A stretch of DNA of 64,000 nt from Thermococcus sp. (GCF_015523185.1 NZ_WAKV01000004.1:601-64600), one strand, 5' to 3'; positions 12,336 to 22,903 are shown, counted from the stretch's first letter. Translations and numbers: made by a program. Notes: generated by a model not told the origin, from the sequence alone.

Positions 12336-14174
12336 GGGCCTCGGCTTGTATGGGAAGCCCTCGGTCTTCCTCTTTATCTCCCTGATGAGGTCCTCCAGTT
12401 GCATCTCAACTTGCTTGCCGTCCTCCCTTCTCCTGACGGTTACAGTGTTCTGCTCCTTCTCGTTCTTGCCGACGACGACTATGTAGGGAATCCACTCCTT
12501 CTCCGCCTTCCTTATCTTCTTGTTGAGCCTGTCGCCAGTATCGTCAACGTCAACCCTTATCTTAGCTCCTTCAAGCTTTCCTGCAACGTAGAGGGCGTAG
12601 TCCATGACTTCATCGCTTACCGGAATGACGCGGACCTGTATCGGGCTGAGCCAGAGCGGGAACATCGGCTTTTGGCCTTTCGCTTGAAGTTTTGCCTGCT
12701 TCTCAAGGATTGCATACATGACGCGCTCAATAGCTCCGCTCGGGGAGCAGTGGAGTATGAGCGGGTAGCGCTCCTTGCCTTCTTCATCGTAGTAGGTTAT
12801 TCCAAACCTCTCCGCGTTCTCCACGTCTATCTGCACCGTGCTCAAAGCGGCCGCCTTGTCGAGGTTGTCAACGAAGTTGAACTCGAACTTGAGGATGAAG
12901 TAGAAGAACCTCTGGTCCCACATCTCTATCAGGACGGGCTTGCCTATTATCTTTGCCAGCTCGACTATGAAGTCCTTGTTTTCCTCCCAGAAGTCCCTTG
13001 TAAAGCGTATGGCCACCTCGTAGTCCTCTGGCGTAAGGCCAACGCCCCTGAGGACCTCCATGCTGAGCTTGTACTGCTTCTTGAACTCGTCCATCGCCTG
13101 CTGGAGGTCCTTGGCAACGGTGTGCATGTCCGGCATCGTGAAGGCCCTGAGCCTTCTCAAGCCTGAAAGCTCGCCGCTCTTCTCTCTCCTAAAGGAGTAT
13201 CTAGTTAGCTCGTACATCCTCAGTGGGAGGTTGCGGTAGCTTATGATTGCGTCCTTCTTGATGAGGAACTGGCCGAAACATGCCGCGAAGCGGAGGAAGA
13301 ACTTCTTGTCACCGCTTTTAACTATGTACTGTCTCGCAGGGAAGCGGTTGAGGTACTTCTCAAGGGCAGGGTGCTCGAAGTCATACATGATTGGCGTTTC
13401 CACTTCCATGGCACCGTATTCAACAACCTTCTCGGTAACGTACTGCTCAAGGAGGCCCTTGATGAGTCTTCCCTTGGGATAATACCTAAGGTTTCCCCCG
13501 TCACTTCCCGGTTCGTAATCAACGAGCTCGTGCTCAAGCATGAGCTTAACGTGCGGAGGTTCTCTGTCAGCTATCCTGTTTTTGGCTATCTCGTAGTTGA
13601 CGAACTTCCTCAGGTTTTCATAACCGGTGAAGTCGAACTTGTCAACATCTATAAGCTCGCCTTCGGGTGTGAGGATATACCAGTAGCTGACTAGCTCCTT
13701 CTCCTCCTTTTCAAGGGCTATATTGCGCTCCTCCTTCGAAACGCCTTCCTCCGGGACTATCGTCCTGCTGAGCTCGGCCAGTGGGTGGCCTTTACAGCTG
13801 AGCTTGAATGCCTTGTAGTAGCCAAACGGGGCGCGCTTGACTTCATAGTCCCTCTCTTTAAGCTTCTCCTCGATTTTCTTGAGCACCTCAAGGGCTATTT
13901 CAGGCTTTGCCAGTTCGCTACTCAGATGGGCAAAGGGGTAAACGAAGACCCTCTCTGCCTTTACCTGTTTTGCGACCTCTTCGATTTCCTTCACAGCCTT
14001 CTCGACGACATCATCTGGGTTTGCCTCATCAACCTTCTCGACGCTTATGAAGACCGCAAGTACCTCATCGAGCCTGCCCTTCTTCTGCTCCTCGCTTATC
14101 GGCTCGGGGTTCTTGAGGGCTTTGTCCCTGACCTCGTACTCAAGGTAGTCCGCGTGTATCAGAAGCATTCTCAT
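12294..14174 (-). CDS. thrS: Threonyl-tRNA synthetase (archaeal type with N-terminal editing domain)
   Basis: [10 protein letters not shown] editing domain, [29 protein letters not shown]; ATG at 14174. Confidence 0.97.
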   Translation of the reverse strand: MRMLLIHADYLEYEVRDKALKNPEPISEEQKKGRLDEVLAVFISVEKVDEANPDDVVEKAVKEIEEVAKQVKAERVFVYPFAHLSSELAKPEIALEVLKKIEEKLKERDYEVKRAPFGYYKAFKLSCKGHPLAELSRTIVPEEGVSKEERNIALEKEEKELVSYWYILTPEGELIDVDKFDFTGYENLRKFVNYEIAKNRIADREPPHVKLMLEHELVDYEPGSDGGNLRYYPKGRLIKGLLEQYVTEKVVEYGAMEVETPIMYDFEHPALEKYLNRFPARQYIVKSGDKKFFLRFAACFGQFLIKKDAIISYRNLPLRMYELTRYSFRREKSGELSGLRRLRAFTMPDMHTVAKDLQQAMDEFKKQYKLSMEVLRGVGLTPEDYEVAIRFTRDFWEENKDFIVELAKIIGKPVLIEMWDQRFFYFILKFEFNFVDNLDKAAALSTVQIDVENAERFGITYYDEEGKERYPLILHCSPSGAIERVMYAILEKQAKLQAKGQKPMFPLWLSPIQVRVIPVSDEVMDYALYVAGKLEGAKIRVDVDDTGDRLNKKIRKAEKEWIPYIVVVGKNEKEQNTVTVRRREDGKQVEMQLEDLIREIKRKTEGFPYKPRPLPLLLSRRPKFRG

Positions 14175-14285
14175 TCCTACCACCACCTCTCCATCGCTTC
14201 GAATTACTAAAACTTTTTCCTTCCGCCTATAAACGTTGGGGAACGCTTAAAAAGAGGGGGTAGGAAAATCTTCGGAGGTGAGGGA

Positions 14286-14879
14286 ATGGAGGATAAGAAG
14301 GTTAAGAACGGTGACCTCGTACTTCCGGGAGATTATCTCGGCGTCATAGAGGAGTTCATGCCCGGCGAAGGCGTCAGAGAGGAGAACGGCGAACTCTACG
14401 CAACGAGAGCTGGTAAGGTCAGAATCAATCCAGAGAAAATGGAGATAAGCGTCGAGCCCGTAACCGATACTCCCCCCCTCCCGAAGGTTGGCGACGTGGT
14501 CCTCGCGAGGGTCATAGAGGTCAAGCCTCAAGCTGTGATAGTCCAGCTCCTCCAGATAGAGGGTCGCGAAAACGACAGGGAAATAGCGACCTCAAAGCTC
14601 GCCGGAATCCACATTTCCCAGATAAAGGAGGGCTTTGTCGAGGACATAACCAAGGAGTTCAAGATTGGGGACATAGTGAGGGCAAAGGTCATAGCCAACG
14701 AAAAGAGCCCGATACAGCTCACAACAAAGGATAAAGACCTTGGCGTCGTTTACGCCCTCTGCTCCCGCTGTAGGACACCCCTCATAAGGCGCGGGGACAA
14801 GCTAATCTGTCCGCGCTGTGGAAACGTTGAGACGAGAAAGCTCTCGCCATACTATAGAAAGCTGAAGGTGTCTCTATGA
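14286..14879 (+). CDS. csl4: Exosome complex RNA-binding protein Csl4
   Basis: VLPGDYLG N-terminal domain, S1 domain (PKVGDVV, FKIGDIVRAKV), zinc ribbon CSRC...CPRC-ETRK. Confidence 0.94.
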   Translation: MEDKKVKNGDLVLPGDYLGVIEEFMPGEGVREENGELYATRAGKVRINPEKMEISVEPVTDTPPLPKVGDVVLARVIEVKPQAVIVQLLQIEGRENDREIATSKLAGIHISQIKEGFVEDITKEFKIGDIVRAKVIANEKSPIQLTTKDKDLGVVYALCSRCRTPLIRRGDKLICPRCGNVETRKLSPYYRKLKVSL

Positions 14880-15505
14880 GGGCCAAGAAGGTAATAACGA
14901 TTCACGTGAAGGACGACGTTGAAAAGGAGGAGTTCATGAAGGAACTCCAGAGACTTCGCCTGCCGGCTTTCATCTACGTCCACGGAAAGCTAAACTCCCT
15001 TAAAATCAACGTTCAGGGCACGAAGGACGACATCAGGGAGGCAATACGGAAAATAAGGGAAATCCACAACCGCGTAAGGACCAAGCTCTACCCGGACAAG
15101 CGCGGTCTATACCACTACACGATTGACGACCTCCTCCGAGAGGCCAGAACAAGCGTTTCAACCCCCATAATAATCAAAACTCTTGAACTCCTCGGCGAAA
15201 AGGTTGAACTCAGCGGAGATGAGCTCGTAACATCCCTTCCATGGAGCGAGGCCGTTGAACTCGTTGAAAGGCTTGGAGATGCCCTCTCGGAGATAGCGCT
15301 CCAGACGACGAGACAGATTAGGGAAGTGGCAGTTCCGGTTAGCGTTGCCTTTAACGTTCCACCTGAGGAAGTCTTGGAGAAACTCGTTGAGCTGGGTCTA
15401 GCCGAGTGGAAGGAGGATAAGTTTAAATACGAGCTCATTAAGAACAAGGAGCAGGCCCTAGAAGAGCTGTTGAAAGCCTTGACGGGTGATGCTGATGAGG
15501 ATTGA
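14876..15505 (+). CDS. Conserved archaeal hypothetical protein (DUF2067-like)
   Basis: 209-aa ORF overlapping the csl4 stop and the rpo11 start; position and sequence are consistent with the DUF2067 family as recalled. Confidence 0.7.
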   Translation: MRAKKVITIHVKDDVEKEEFMKELQRLRLPAFIYVHGKLNSLKINVQGTKDDIREAIRKIREIHNRVRTKLYPDKRGLYHYTIDDLLREARTSVSTPIIIKTLELLGEKVELSGDELVTSLPWSEAVELVERLGDALSEIALQTTRQIREVAVPVSVAFNVPPEEVLEKLVELGLAEWKEDKFKYELIKNKEQALEELLKALTGDADED

Positions 15506-15782
15506 GGTAATAAAGCGCGAGGAAAACCTGCTGGAATTTTACCTCGAAGGAGAGGACCACACCTTCGCCAACCTGCTCAATGAAGTCCTCCACGAGAACA
15601 AGCACGTTAAGTTCGCCGGCTACACAATCGAGCACCCTATTCTCATGGCCAGAAAGCCGAGGTTTAAAGTCGTAACCGACGGGAAGGTTACACCGGAGAA
15701 GGCCCTTGAGGAGGCCGCCCAGAAGGTATTCGATAGGGCCAGGGTTCTTCTTGATGCATGGAAGAATGCCCTCGAAGGGTGA
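15495..15782 (+). CDS. rpoL: DNA-directed RNA polymerase subunit L (Rpo11)
   Basis: [10 protein letters not shown] and AGYTIEHP motifs; the ATG at 15495 follows a GGGTGA RBS. Confidence 0.95.
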   Translation: MRIEVIKREENLLEFYLEGEDHTFANLLNEVLHENKHVKFAGYTIEHPILMARKPRFKVVTDGKVTPEKALEEAAQKVFDRARVLLDAWKNALEG

Positions 15783-16183
15783 AACCCTTGGCCTCTTTTT
15801 CTTACTCCAAAGATTTTACCGATAAGGGATTGGCCAAGTTTGGTGATTCTCTCCTCAACTTCGTGTTTTCCCTGGCCCTGAGCGAGTATTTGGGCAGACC
15901 CACTGGAGAGAGGGTTCCGAACGCTTCTCTGGCCATGGCCCTTGAGATGTCGGGATTGAGAAAGCTAGCCCCCCCAAGGAGCGACAAGCACGCGAGGGGG
16001 GATGTGGCAGAGGCTATTCTAGCTTACGCCTGGCTTGAGGGCGTTATAACTATGGAAGAGGCAGTTCAAATCATCAGGGAGAACCTAACTGAGGACGTAA
16101 CCCACTTCACACGGAAAAAGGAGGCAATAGGAAAGGCCCTGGCCGTCCTTTACAGGGAGATAGGGAAGAGGATAGGAGTTTAA
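15779..16183 (+). CDS. Ribonuclease III-like family protein
   Basis: [11 protein letters not shown] and [10 protein letters not shown] resemble the two RNase III catalytic segments; GTG at 15779 overlaps the rpoL stop. Confidence 0.75.
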   Translation: MKPLASFSYSKDFTDKGLAKFGDSLLNFVFSLALSEYLGRPTGERVPNASLAMALEMSGLRKLAPPRSDKHARGDVAEAILAYAWLEGVITMEEAVQIIRENLTEDVTHFTRKKEAIGKALAVLYREIGKRIGV

Positions 16184-16851
16184 GTTATCTTCGGCGGTCT
16201 CATCATCTCCGGGAGGTCACGCTAGAGCTAGAGGACGGTTATCATGTAGTGGGAAAATAGAACAGGAATTAACCAGTTCTAAAGGCCGAAGCGCTAGACC
16301 AGACCGATGGGAACAACGCGAGGATATAGGATTTTGAGAAGATAGAACAGCTCTCTCGTTTTCTTGCCGAGCAGAATTTCTTCCCTTGAGAGCACGATGA
16401 GGAGTTCATGGAACAGTAAATAACCCCAAATGAGCAAAAACAGCTGGCTGTTCTTAACCGAAAGGATGACGGCGAGATAGTAGAGGAGAACATCCCCGAT
16501 TGAAAGCAACGCAATGAATATCGCCAGAGATACCTTTGGACTAAATCCAGCTTTGGTATAGGGTTGCTCATAATAGTAATCGGGCTTTGTCCTAAGTTTT
16601 GGGGCTTTCCAATGTATTCGGCCGAAAACATCGAGGATATTAGGTAAGTAAAAACCCCCAATAAACGATGAAAGGTACTAAAAAATCGTATTCAATCCCC
16701 GTAGTCCCGAACAGAAAAGTTTTCGGAGAATATTAAAACCGCCAACGTCCAGTGGAACGGAAAAGGAGTTTGATTTAATCTTTTCCACGATGACCCCCAT
16801 GCTGACGGAGAGCGAGCCGTACAGGAAGGGAAGTACCGCCAACGATGTCAC
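16180..16851 (-). pseudogene. Degraded integral membrane protein gene; one frame interrupted by five TAG codons
   Basis: BRE/TATA (AAGAAAAG-TATTTATA, about 16884-16900) and GGGGTGA RBS precede a GTG at 16851. The frame runs to TAA at 16180 with TAG at 16678, 16294, 16279, 16228 and 16222. Hydrophobic segments include VSLAIFIALLSIGDVLLYYLAVIL and LFLLIWGYLLFHELLIVL. Confidence 0.6.
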
Positions 16852-16934
16852 GATTTCACCCCGAAAACAAAGTGAGAGAGTAATATAAATACTTTTCTTA
16901 ATTAGAATACAAGCAAGCTGAGAAAAGGTAAAAT

Positions 16935-17741
16935 TCAGAGGCTCGTGAGCAACTCGATTAGTCCCTGTTTGCTCGGTATCTTGGCGAACTTGTCGGCGTC
17001 CTTCACCTTCAGGAGTAGAGGAACATCGCCAAAGAGCTTGAGAACCTTTCCAAAGGGTATGCTTCCCTCCCCCGGAAGGAGGTGGAGGTCACCGACGCCA
17101 TAAGCTAAAGCGTCCTCGGGTTCGACCTGCGGGAAGAGCTTTCCGAAGTTGTCGTGTATCATGAGGATTATCGTCTTGTCTGTGCCGAGCTTAACATCTT
17201 CAAGCAGTTTTTCCTCGTTGCCCTGGGCGCTGAGGAAGGCATGGGCGACGTCGAGGGCGAAGCCGACGTTGTCCCTCTGGACGTTGTCAACAACGTAGAG
17301 GGTGTCCTTAACACTGAAGGTGTTTTCGAGGGCTATCTTTATGCCGAATGGAGCCACCATGTCCGCCAGCTGCTGTATAGCCTCTATCTCGAGGTCAAGC
17401 CTTCCCGTCCTTCCGCTCTGCATGACGATGACCTTGGCGCCGAGCTTTATCGCCACGTCTGCAACTGCTTTGGCAACGCGGAAGTGCCTGGTGTAGTAGA
17501 TGTGGTCACGCAGGTTCACTGAGGTTGGCATCCTGACGATGTAGTTTATCCCAACGCCCCTGAGGGCCGTCTCTATGTTCCTCAGGCTTTTCTCAACTAC
17601 CACACCGTTCTTGATTAGCCCAAGCGTATGGGGGAATATCGAGACGAAGTCGTAGTCCTTTATCTTGACGTCCGCGAGGATTGAAGCTAGGCTCTTGTCC
17701 TTTGTAACGAAGTGGGGATAGATGGTTACCCCAATCTCCAT
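16935..17741 (-). CDS. Sugar phosphate isomerase/epimerase (AP endonuclease 2 / xylose isomerase-like TIM barrel)
   Basis: IALENT, ALDVAHA, MIHDN and DLHLLPGEGSIPF motifs. Confidence 0.85.
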   Translation of the reverse strand: MEIGVTIYPHFVTKDKSLASILADVKIKDYDFVSIFPHTLGLIKNGVVVEKSLRNIETALRGVGINYIVRMPTSVNLRDHIYYTRHFRVAKAVADVAIKLGAKVIVMQSGRTGRLDLEIEAIQQLADMVAPFGIKIALENTFSVKDTLYVVDNVQRDNVGFALDVAHAFLSAQGNEEKLLEDVKLGTDKTIILMIHDNFGKLFPQVEPEDALAYGVGDLHLLPGEGSIPFGKVLKLFGDVPLLLKVKDADKFAKIPSKQGLIELLTSL

Positions 17742-17832
17742 GCAATCACCTGGCGGAATTTGGCAGGAGGATATAAAAAGCTTAGCGGGGTAAGTTTAAA
17801 AGCCAACAAGGAAAGGTGTCTAAGGTGAGAGA

Positions 17833-18822
17833 ATGAGGGAAAACCTCTGGAAGTACGTATCAGTGGTTCTTGTTCTCCTGCTCGCCCTCTCGACAGTGGC
17901 AATCGTTGTACTCTACAAGGCGATTTCACCGGCGGTCGTTTCGCCCAATAATACAGCGCCTGCCGTCGTTGAGACCCCAGTAAACCTCACCTGCAATGGA
18001 ACGTCAAGCTACCAGATAAACCAGCTCAAAGAGGAAGTCGCTTATCTGCGCTCCCTCATTAACAAAACGGGAGGAAAAACAATAGCGGTCGTCCCCATTT
18101 TTGGGATAATAGATGATTACACAGCCCTCGAAGTAATACCCCTTCTCAGGAGAATATCCACAAATGGCTCCATCGGGGGCGTTCTTCTCTGGATTGAGAG
18201 CCCAGGCGGGGAAGTTGGACCTGTGATGGAAATATACTCTACCGTCAAGAAACTTTCACTAGTAAAGCCTGTAGTGGCCTACTCCGGTGGCATAATGGCT
18301 TCTGGAGGTTATTACATAGCCAACGGTGCCGACAAAATCGTGGCAAGTCCGCTCGCCGAGGTGGGAAGCATTGGGGTAATATACGTCCACTACGACCTGC
18401 AGGAGAACTACCAGAGGAACGGAATTAAGGTGGAAGTCTTCAAAACCGGCCCTTACAAGGACATGGGGGCCGAGTGGAGGGACCTAACCCCCGAGGAGAA
18501 GAAGATAATAACCAACATGGTGAACACGTACTTCCAGGCGTTCCTCCAGGCCGTGAGCGAGGGCAGGAACATGAGCATCTCTCAGGTTAAGAAGTTCGCC
18601 AGTGGGAGAACGTGGTTCGCCGAGAACGTTACTGGAGCTCTGGTGGACGAAACAGGGGGTATTGATACCGCTATTTCCGTTCTCGAAAGGTTAATGAATG
18701 TTACAGGTGCAAAGGTGGTCATATACAAGAACCTTGAAACTCCAAGCGACTTTGAGGTGGTGGGGAGCAAGGCACTCTACCTCGACCCGAGCTACATTAC
18801 TCCCTATCTGGGAGGTGATTGA
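17833..18822 (+). CDS. sppA: Signal peptide peptidase SppA (S49)
   Basis: N-terminal TM, IESPGG, MASGGYY (catalytic Ser), GSIGV, KTGPYKDMG (catalytic Lys). Confidence 0.93.
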   Translation: MRENLWKYVSVVLVLLLALSTVAIVVLYKAISPAVVSPNNTAPAVVETPVNLTCNGTSSYQINQLKEEVAYLRSLINKTGGKTIAVVPIFGIIDDYTALEVIPLLRRISTNGSIGGVLLWIESPGGEVGPVMEIYSTVKKLSLVKPVVAYSGGIMASGGYYIANGADKIVASPLAEVGSIGVIYVHYDLQENYQRNGIKVEVFKTGPYKDMGAEWRDLTPEEKKIITNMVNTYFQAFLQAVSEGRNMSISQVKKFASGRTWFAENVTGALVDETGGIDTAISVLERLMNVTGAKVVIYKNLETPSDFEVVGSKALYLDPSYITPYLGGD

Positions 18823-19299
18823 ATGCTCTGCGAGGAGAAGCTCGAGGTGTTTGAGAACGGTTTCGATGACGGGAAGTTCAAACTCAGGATTGAGTTCTAC
18901 GGAAAGGACGCCAGGAGACTTCTCCTCGCTGTGATAAGGGAGCTCTACCTTCCAGACTACGGCGAGGACTACATATATCCCTTCGAGTGCGCCAAAGACT
19001 TTTGGGGCATTTACCTTGACCCGTCTGAGATAATTGCAGAGGAGTCCAATTTTAGCCCAATAAAGTTCGTTAACAAAAGCATCATCAACAGGCTGGAGAA
19101 GGCGCTCGATGAAATAGCTCCGGACGAAATTAAAGACAGAATCAACTTGGAAGAAGCGGAAATAGTGAAGCTCAAGAAAACCCTACTCGCGCTCGGGAAG
19201 GACTTTATCCTCGACGAAAGAGGTTACCTCATAGTCTTTAACAAGCCGAGCGCAAGGGGGCTAATCCTAAAATACTTGGGGATGCTGAATGGAACTTGA
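18823..19299 (+). CDS. Conserved Thermococcales hypothetical protein (PH1570-like)
   Basis: Starts directly after the sppA stop with a GGAGGTGA RBS; YPFECAKDFWG motif; family name is from memory. Confidence 0.7.
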   Translation: MLCEEKLEVFENGFDDGKFKLRIEFYGKDARRLLLAVIRELYLPDYGEDYIYPFECAKDFWGIYLDPSEIIAEESNFSPIKFVNKSIINRLEKALDEIAPDEIKDRINLEEAEIVKLKKTLLALGKDFILDERGYLIVFNKPSARGLILKYLGMLNGT

Positions 19300-20293
19300 A
19301 ACTGCCGTCTGGGTCGGTGTTTCACTGGTGATACTCTATTTAACCTGGCAGACGGTTAGTCCTGTTCTCTCTCCCCTGATAGTGGCAGTTACCCTTACTT
19401 ATATACTCTATCCACTTCACGAAAGGCTTAGCTCAAAAATCGGCAACCGTTGGTCAGCGCTTCTCCTTACGGGAATACTTACCGTTCTTTCCTTCCTTTT
19501 TATTCTTGGCTTCGCACTCTGGATAAACGACGTTAAATATTCCCTAGCAGGGTATGTCAACACATTTTTCAAGTGGCTTCTTGGCCTGAACCTACCCTCT
19601 GAAGCGTATGACTTCCTCCAGAGGATTTCCCAGGCCATGACGGACCGTTTCGATGCCTACGTTCTGGGATACACGTACTCCCTTCCAAAGCTCTCCCTTC
19701 AGGTAATCGTCATGGTGTTCTCATTTTACGGCGTCCTTGTAAATGCAAAGGCCATAAAAATGGAAGTGTACTCGCTCCTACCTCCTTCAAACCGCGAACT
19801 TGCCGTTAAGTTAATCAATCGGGCGGGGGAAACCCTCCATCAGGTCCTCCGTGGATGGCTTCTGGTCAGCGTTGGAAAAGGAATTGCTATGGCCGTCGCC
19901 TTCTCGCTCTTTGGAGTGTCTAACGTTGGGGGTTCAATAGCGGCGGGCATACTCACGGCAATCCTTGAGCTCCTTCCCATTGTTGGGGGCTGGATGGTCT
20001 GGCTCGGGGCGTCGTTTTACCTGTTTACATCGGGAATGGTAGGACACGCAATAGCCATTTTGCTTTACGGGTTTACTCTTGTCTCCCCCCTTCCGGATTT
20101 ATTGCTCTCAAAGAGACTTGGCAGAAGGCAGTGGGGCGTAAACGCACTGGTGAGCCTCGTTGGGATATTTGGAGGCTACATTGCCTTTGGATTCGTTGGG
20201 ATAATAATCGGACCTGTGTCCCTATCTCTTCTCATAACCCTCATAGAAGAGTGGAAGAGGGCAAAGAACACTAAGGAGCAAATCGCCTCATAA
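19289..20293 (+). CDS. AI-2E (PerM) family membrane transporter
   Basis: Polytopic protein with YILYPLHERL, ELLPIVGG and FGFVGIIIGP motifs. Confidence 0.88.
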   Translation: MELETAVWVGVSLVILYLTWQTVSPVLSPLIVAVTLTYILYPLHERLSSKIGNRWSALLLTGILTVLSFLFILGFALWINDVKYSLAGYVNTFFKWLLGLNLPSEAYDFLQRISQAMTDRFDAYVLGYTYSLPKLSLQVIVMVFSFYGVLVNAKAIKMEVYSLLPPSNRELAVKLINRAGETLHQVLRGWLLVSVGKGIAMAVAFSLFGVSNVGGSIAAGILTAILELLPIVGGWMVWLGASFYLFTSGMVGHAIAILLYGFTLVSPLPDLLLSKRLGRRQWGVNALVSLVGIFGGYIAFGFVGIIIGPVSLSLLITLIEEWKRAKNTKEQIAS

Positions 20294-21089
20294 AGCTGGC
20301 GACCTTAACCGCATCTAGGGTTTCCCGGACGTCGTGGGTTCTCACTATGTTGGCTCCTTTAAACACAGCTATTGCAGTCGCTGAGAGACTTCCTGCCAAC
20401 CTTTCGGAGGGGTCTTCCTTACCGGTTATTGCCCCTATAAAGGATTTACGGGAAACACCTACTAAAATTGGCCTTCCGAGGGATTTCAAAAGGTTGAGGT
20501 TCGCTATCACCCTTGAGTCCCACTCATACCACGGGGGGTAATCCGGTCTGAGAAAACCTATTGCGGGGTCCACTGCGATGTCTTCAACACCGTGCTCCCT
20601 GGCTATAACAAGGCTTTCTTGGAGGAAGTCAATCACTGCCCTTATGGGGTTAATGAACTCCCTAACCTCACCGTGGGCGCAAAGAACGACCGGAGCGCTG
20701 TATTCGGAGGCGACTTTTGGCATCTCCGGGTCGCCCTTGAAGCCAGTAACGTCGTTGATTATATCCGCTCCGGCCTTCAGAGCTTCTTCGGCGACCCTTG
20801 CGCTCGTCGTGTCTATGCTCACCGGAACGTCTACTGCGTCTCTGATGATTTTAACCGCCCAGACGGCCCGCCTTATCTCCTCTTCAAGTGGAATCTGCGT
20901 CTCAAGGTAAGGGGCCGTGGACCTGGCACCCACGTCTATGAAGCTTGCTCCCTCTTCAACCATCTTGACGGCCGTTTCAGCTAGGGCCTTTTCGTCGTTC
21001 CTTACGCTACCCTTGTAAAAGCTCTCGGGGGAGACGTTTATGACACCCATTATCCTCGGTTCATTGAGCTCAACTCCCGCAAACTTCAT
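20271..21089 (-). CDS. folP: Dihydropteroate synthase-like protein
   Basis: IMGVINVSPESFY, IDVGARST, SIDT, INDVTG, VDPAIGF, GVSRKSFIG and VRTHDV; ATG at 21089 (MKFAG). Confidence 0.92.
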   Translation of the reverse strand: MKFAGVELNEPRIMGVINVSPESFYKGSVRNDEKALAETAVKMVEEGASFIDVGARSTAPYLETQIPLEEEIRRAVWAVKIIRDAVDVPVSIDTTSARVAEEALKAGADIINDVTGFKGDPEMPKVASEYSAPVVLCAHGEVREFINPIRAVIDFLQESLVIAREHGVEDIAVDPAIGFLRPDYPPWYEWDSRVIANLNLLKSLGRPILVGVSRKSFIGAITGKEDPSERLAGSLSATAIAVFKGANIVRTHDVRETLDAVKVASFMRRFAP

Positions 21090-21137
21090 GAGGCATCCCC
21101 CGAAAAGATTTAGGAACTGGGATAAAAAGACTTCGAG

Positions 21138-22115
21138 GTGGTGGCCTTGATAATCAGAACGCCAAAGAGGCTTCATCTCGGCCTCATAGACCCAACCGGG
21201 AGCCTAGGGAGGCGTTTTGGAAGCCTCGGTGTTGCCCTCGAAGGGGGTTACGAGGTTAAGGTACTTCCCTCGGAGAGGCTTGAGGTTAAAGCCGAAGGGG
21301 AGGATAGGAAAACGATAGAGCGAATAGTAGAAATTATGAATTCAGCGTTTGGAACTGGAACCGGCTATTTCATTGAGGTCAGGAAAGCGATTCCAAGGCA
21401 CATTGGCCTTGGCTCGACAACGCAGTTGAGTTTGGCCGTTGGTACGGGCATAGCGAGGCTCAACAACATTAACGTCTCCATCGAAAAGCTTGCGGGAACA
21501 CTTGGAAGGGGAAAGAACAGCGGGGCAGGGATTTACGCCTTCGCCTACGGTGGGTTCGTTCTGGACGGCGGAGTCGCGAACGGAGTTCCACCGCTCGTAA
21601 TAAGGGAGGACTTCCCCGATGAGTGGGCCTTTCTCCTAGTTACACCGGAAGTTAAGCGCGGTCTCAACGAGGAAGAGGAGAAGCCGATAATGGGAAGGAC
21701 CTTCGGTAGCGTTGAAGTCGCAAAGGAGATAAGCCACCGTATTCTGCTCGGACTGCTTCCAGCTTTGAAGGAGAGGAATATTAAAGGGTTCGGTACACAT
21801 CTCTCGGCCATACAGAGGCTCGTTGGGAGACACTTCTCGGAGTTCCAGGGAGGAGAGTTCAGGGAAGACGTTAAGCTAATCCTCGACTGGCTGGAAAAGA
21901 AGACCTACGGGGCCGGGCAGAGTAGCTGGGGACCGACGGTTTACGGTCTCGTCCTAAAATCGGAGTATGAGGTGCTCTCAGCTGAGATAACCGATTACTT
22001 AATGGAACACGGCTTAAAAGTGAAGGTTGAACTCGGAAGGCCGAGGAACAGGGGGGCGGAGATAATAGGGGAGAACGCTTTCCTGGAAAGGCTCATAAGG
22101 AGTGTTGCCCAATGA
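21138..22115 (+). CDS. Beta-ribofuranosylaminobenzene 5'-phosphate synthase family (GHMP fold)
   Basis: TPKRLHLGLID, RHIGLGSTTQ, GGFVLDGG and GQSSWGPT motifs. Confidence 0.85.
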   Translation: MVALIIRTPKRLHLGLIDPTGSLGRRFGSLGVALEGGYEVKVLPSERLEVKAEGEDRKTIERIVEIMNSAFGTGTGYFIEVRKAIPRHIGLGSTTQLSLAVGTGIARLNNINVSIEKLAGTLGRGKNSGAGIYAFAYGGFVLDGGVANGVPPLVIREDFPDEWAFLLVTPEVKRGLNEEEEKPIMGRTFGSVEVAKEISHRILLGLLPALKERNIKGFGTHLSAIQRLVGRHFSEFQGGEFREDVKLILDWLEKKTYGAGQSSWGPTVYGLVLKSEYEVLSAEITDYLMEHGLKVKVELGRPRNRGAEIIGENAFLERLIRSVAQ

Positions 22116-22903
22116 CCCTCGACCGCTTTATTCGGATGAACTACAGAGAAAACGAGGAAAAGGTCAAGAGGCTCGTCGAAATCCTAGAGGAGCTTGGCCT
22201 TGATTGTGCCCGGACTATCGAAGAGAGGGTGGATTTACAGTTCGACGCGCTGAAGAACCTGCACAAGAACCTAAAGGACGATGAGCTCTTTATTAAACTC
22301 GTCATCGCCAATTCGCTCGTCAGTTATCAGCTCACCGGAAAAGGGGAGGACTGGTGGTGGGAGTTTTCTAGGAACTTTTCAGATAACCCGCCAGTGGAAA
22401 GCATTGCAAAGGCCTACGCCGGTTTTCTGCCTTCGTCAAAGACGAACCGAAGACTTGTGAGCGGAAAAATCAGAAGGATAGAAAAGGTTGAGCCGTTCCT
22501 TAATTCCCTTTCTCTTGATGAGTTGAGGGACTACTATTTCAACGGCATGGAGAGGCTTAGGGACGAACTGGCAAAAGCCCTGAACTCAAAGAGGAGCGCG
22601 AAAACCATCGTCTTTGCCGTGAAGATGTTCGGCTACGCGGGGAGAATAGCCTTCGGTGAATTCGTTCCCTACCCGATGGGCATCGAGATTCCCGATGACG
22701 TCAGGATAAACGCCTACACCAGACGGTTCACGAACGAGCCCCCTGTGCGCTTCTGGAACAGAATAGCGGAAATGACGGGAATTCCTCCTCTCCACATAGA
22801 TTCTATACTATGGCCGGTTCTCGGTGGAAAGCCAGAGGTTCTCAGGCGGCTGAGGATGCACTGTTCCAAAGCCGACCTCGTTCTCGAACTTAGGGGACTC
22901 TAA
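22112..22903 (+). CDS. Archaeal 8-oxoguanine N-glycosylase/DNA lyase (AGOG)
   Basis: NSLVSYQL, GEDWWWEF, KTIVFAVKMFGY, IPDDVRI and PPLHIDSILW motifs. Confidence 0.92.
   Translation: MTLDRFIRMNYRENEEKVKRLVEILEELGLDCARTIEERVDLQFDALKNLHKNLKDDELFIKLVIANSLVSYQLTGKGEDWWWEFSRNFSDNPPVESIAKAYAGFLPSSKTNRRLVSGKIRRIEKVEPFLNSLSLDELRDYYFNGMERLRDELAKALNSKRSAKTIVFAVKMFGYAGRIAFGEFVPYPMGIEIPDDVRINAYTRRFTNEPPVRFWNRIAEMTGIPPLHIDSILWPVLGGKPEVLRRLRMHCSKADLVLELRGL

Noticed and set aside
12399-14210. Several plus-strand ORFs over thrS
   Set aside because: Antisense shadows of a clearly identified core gene; the same applies to most short ORFs over pheST, gatDE, tdh and other core genes.
16269-16661. 130-aa minus-strand ORF in the ORF track
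   Set aside because: Ser-rich and unlike a real protein; the neighbouring frame (16180-16851) carries the promoter, RBS and TM segments.
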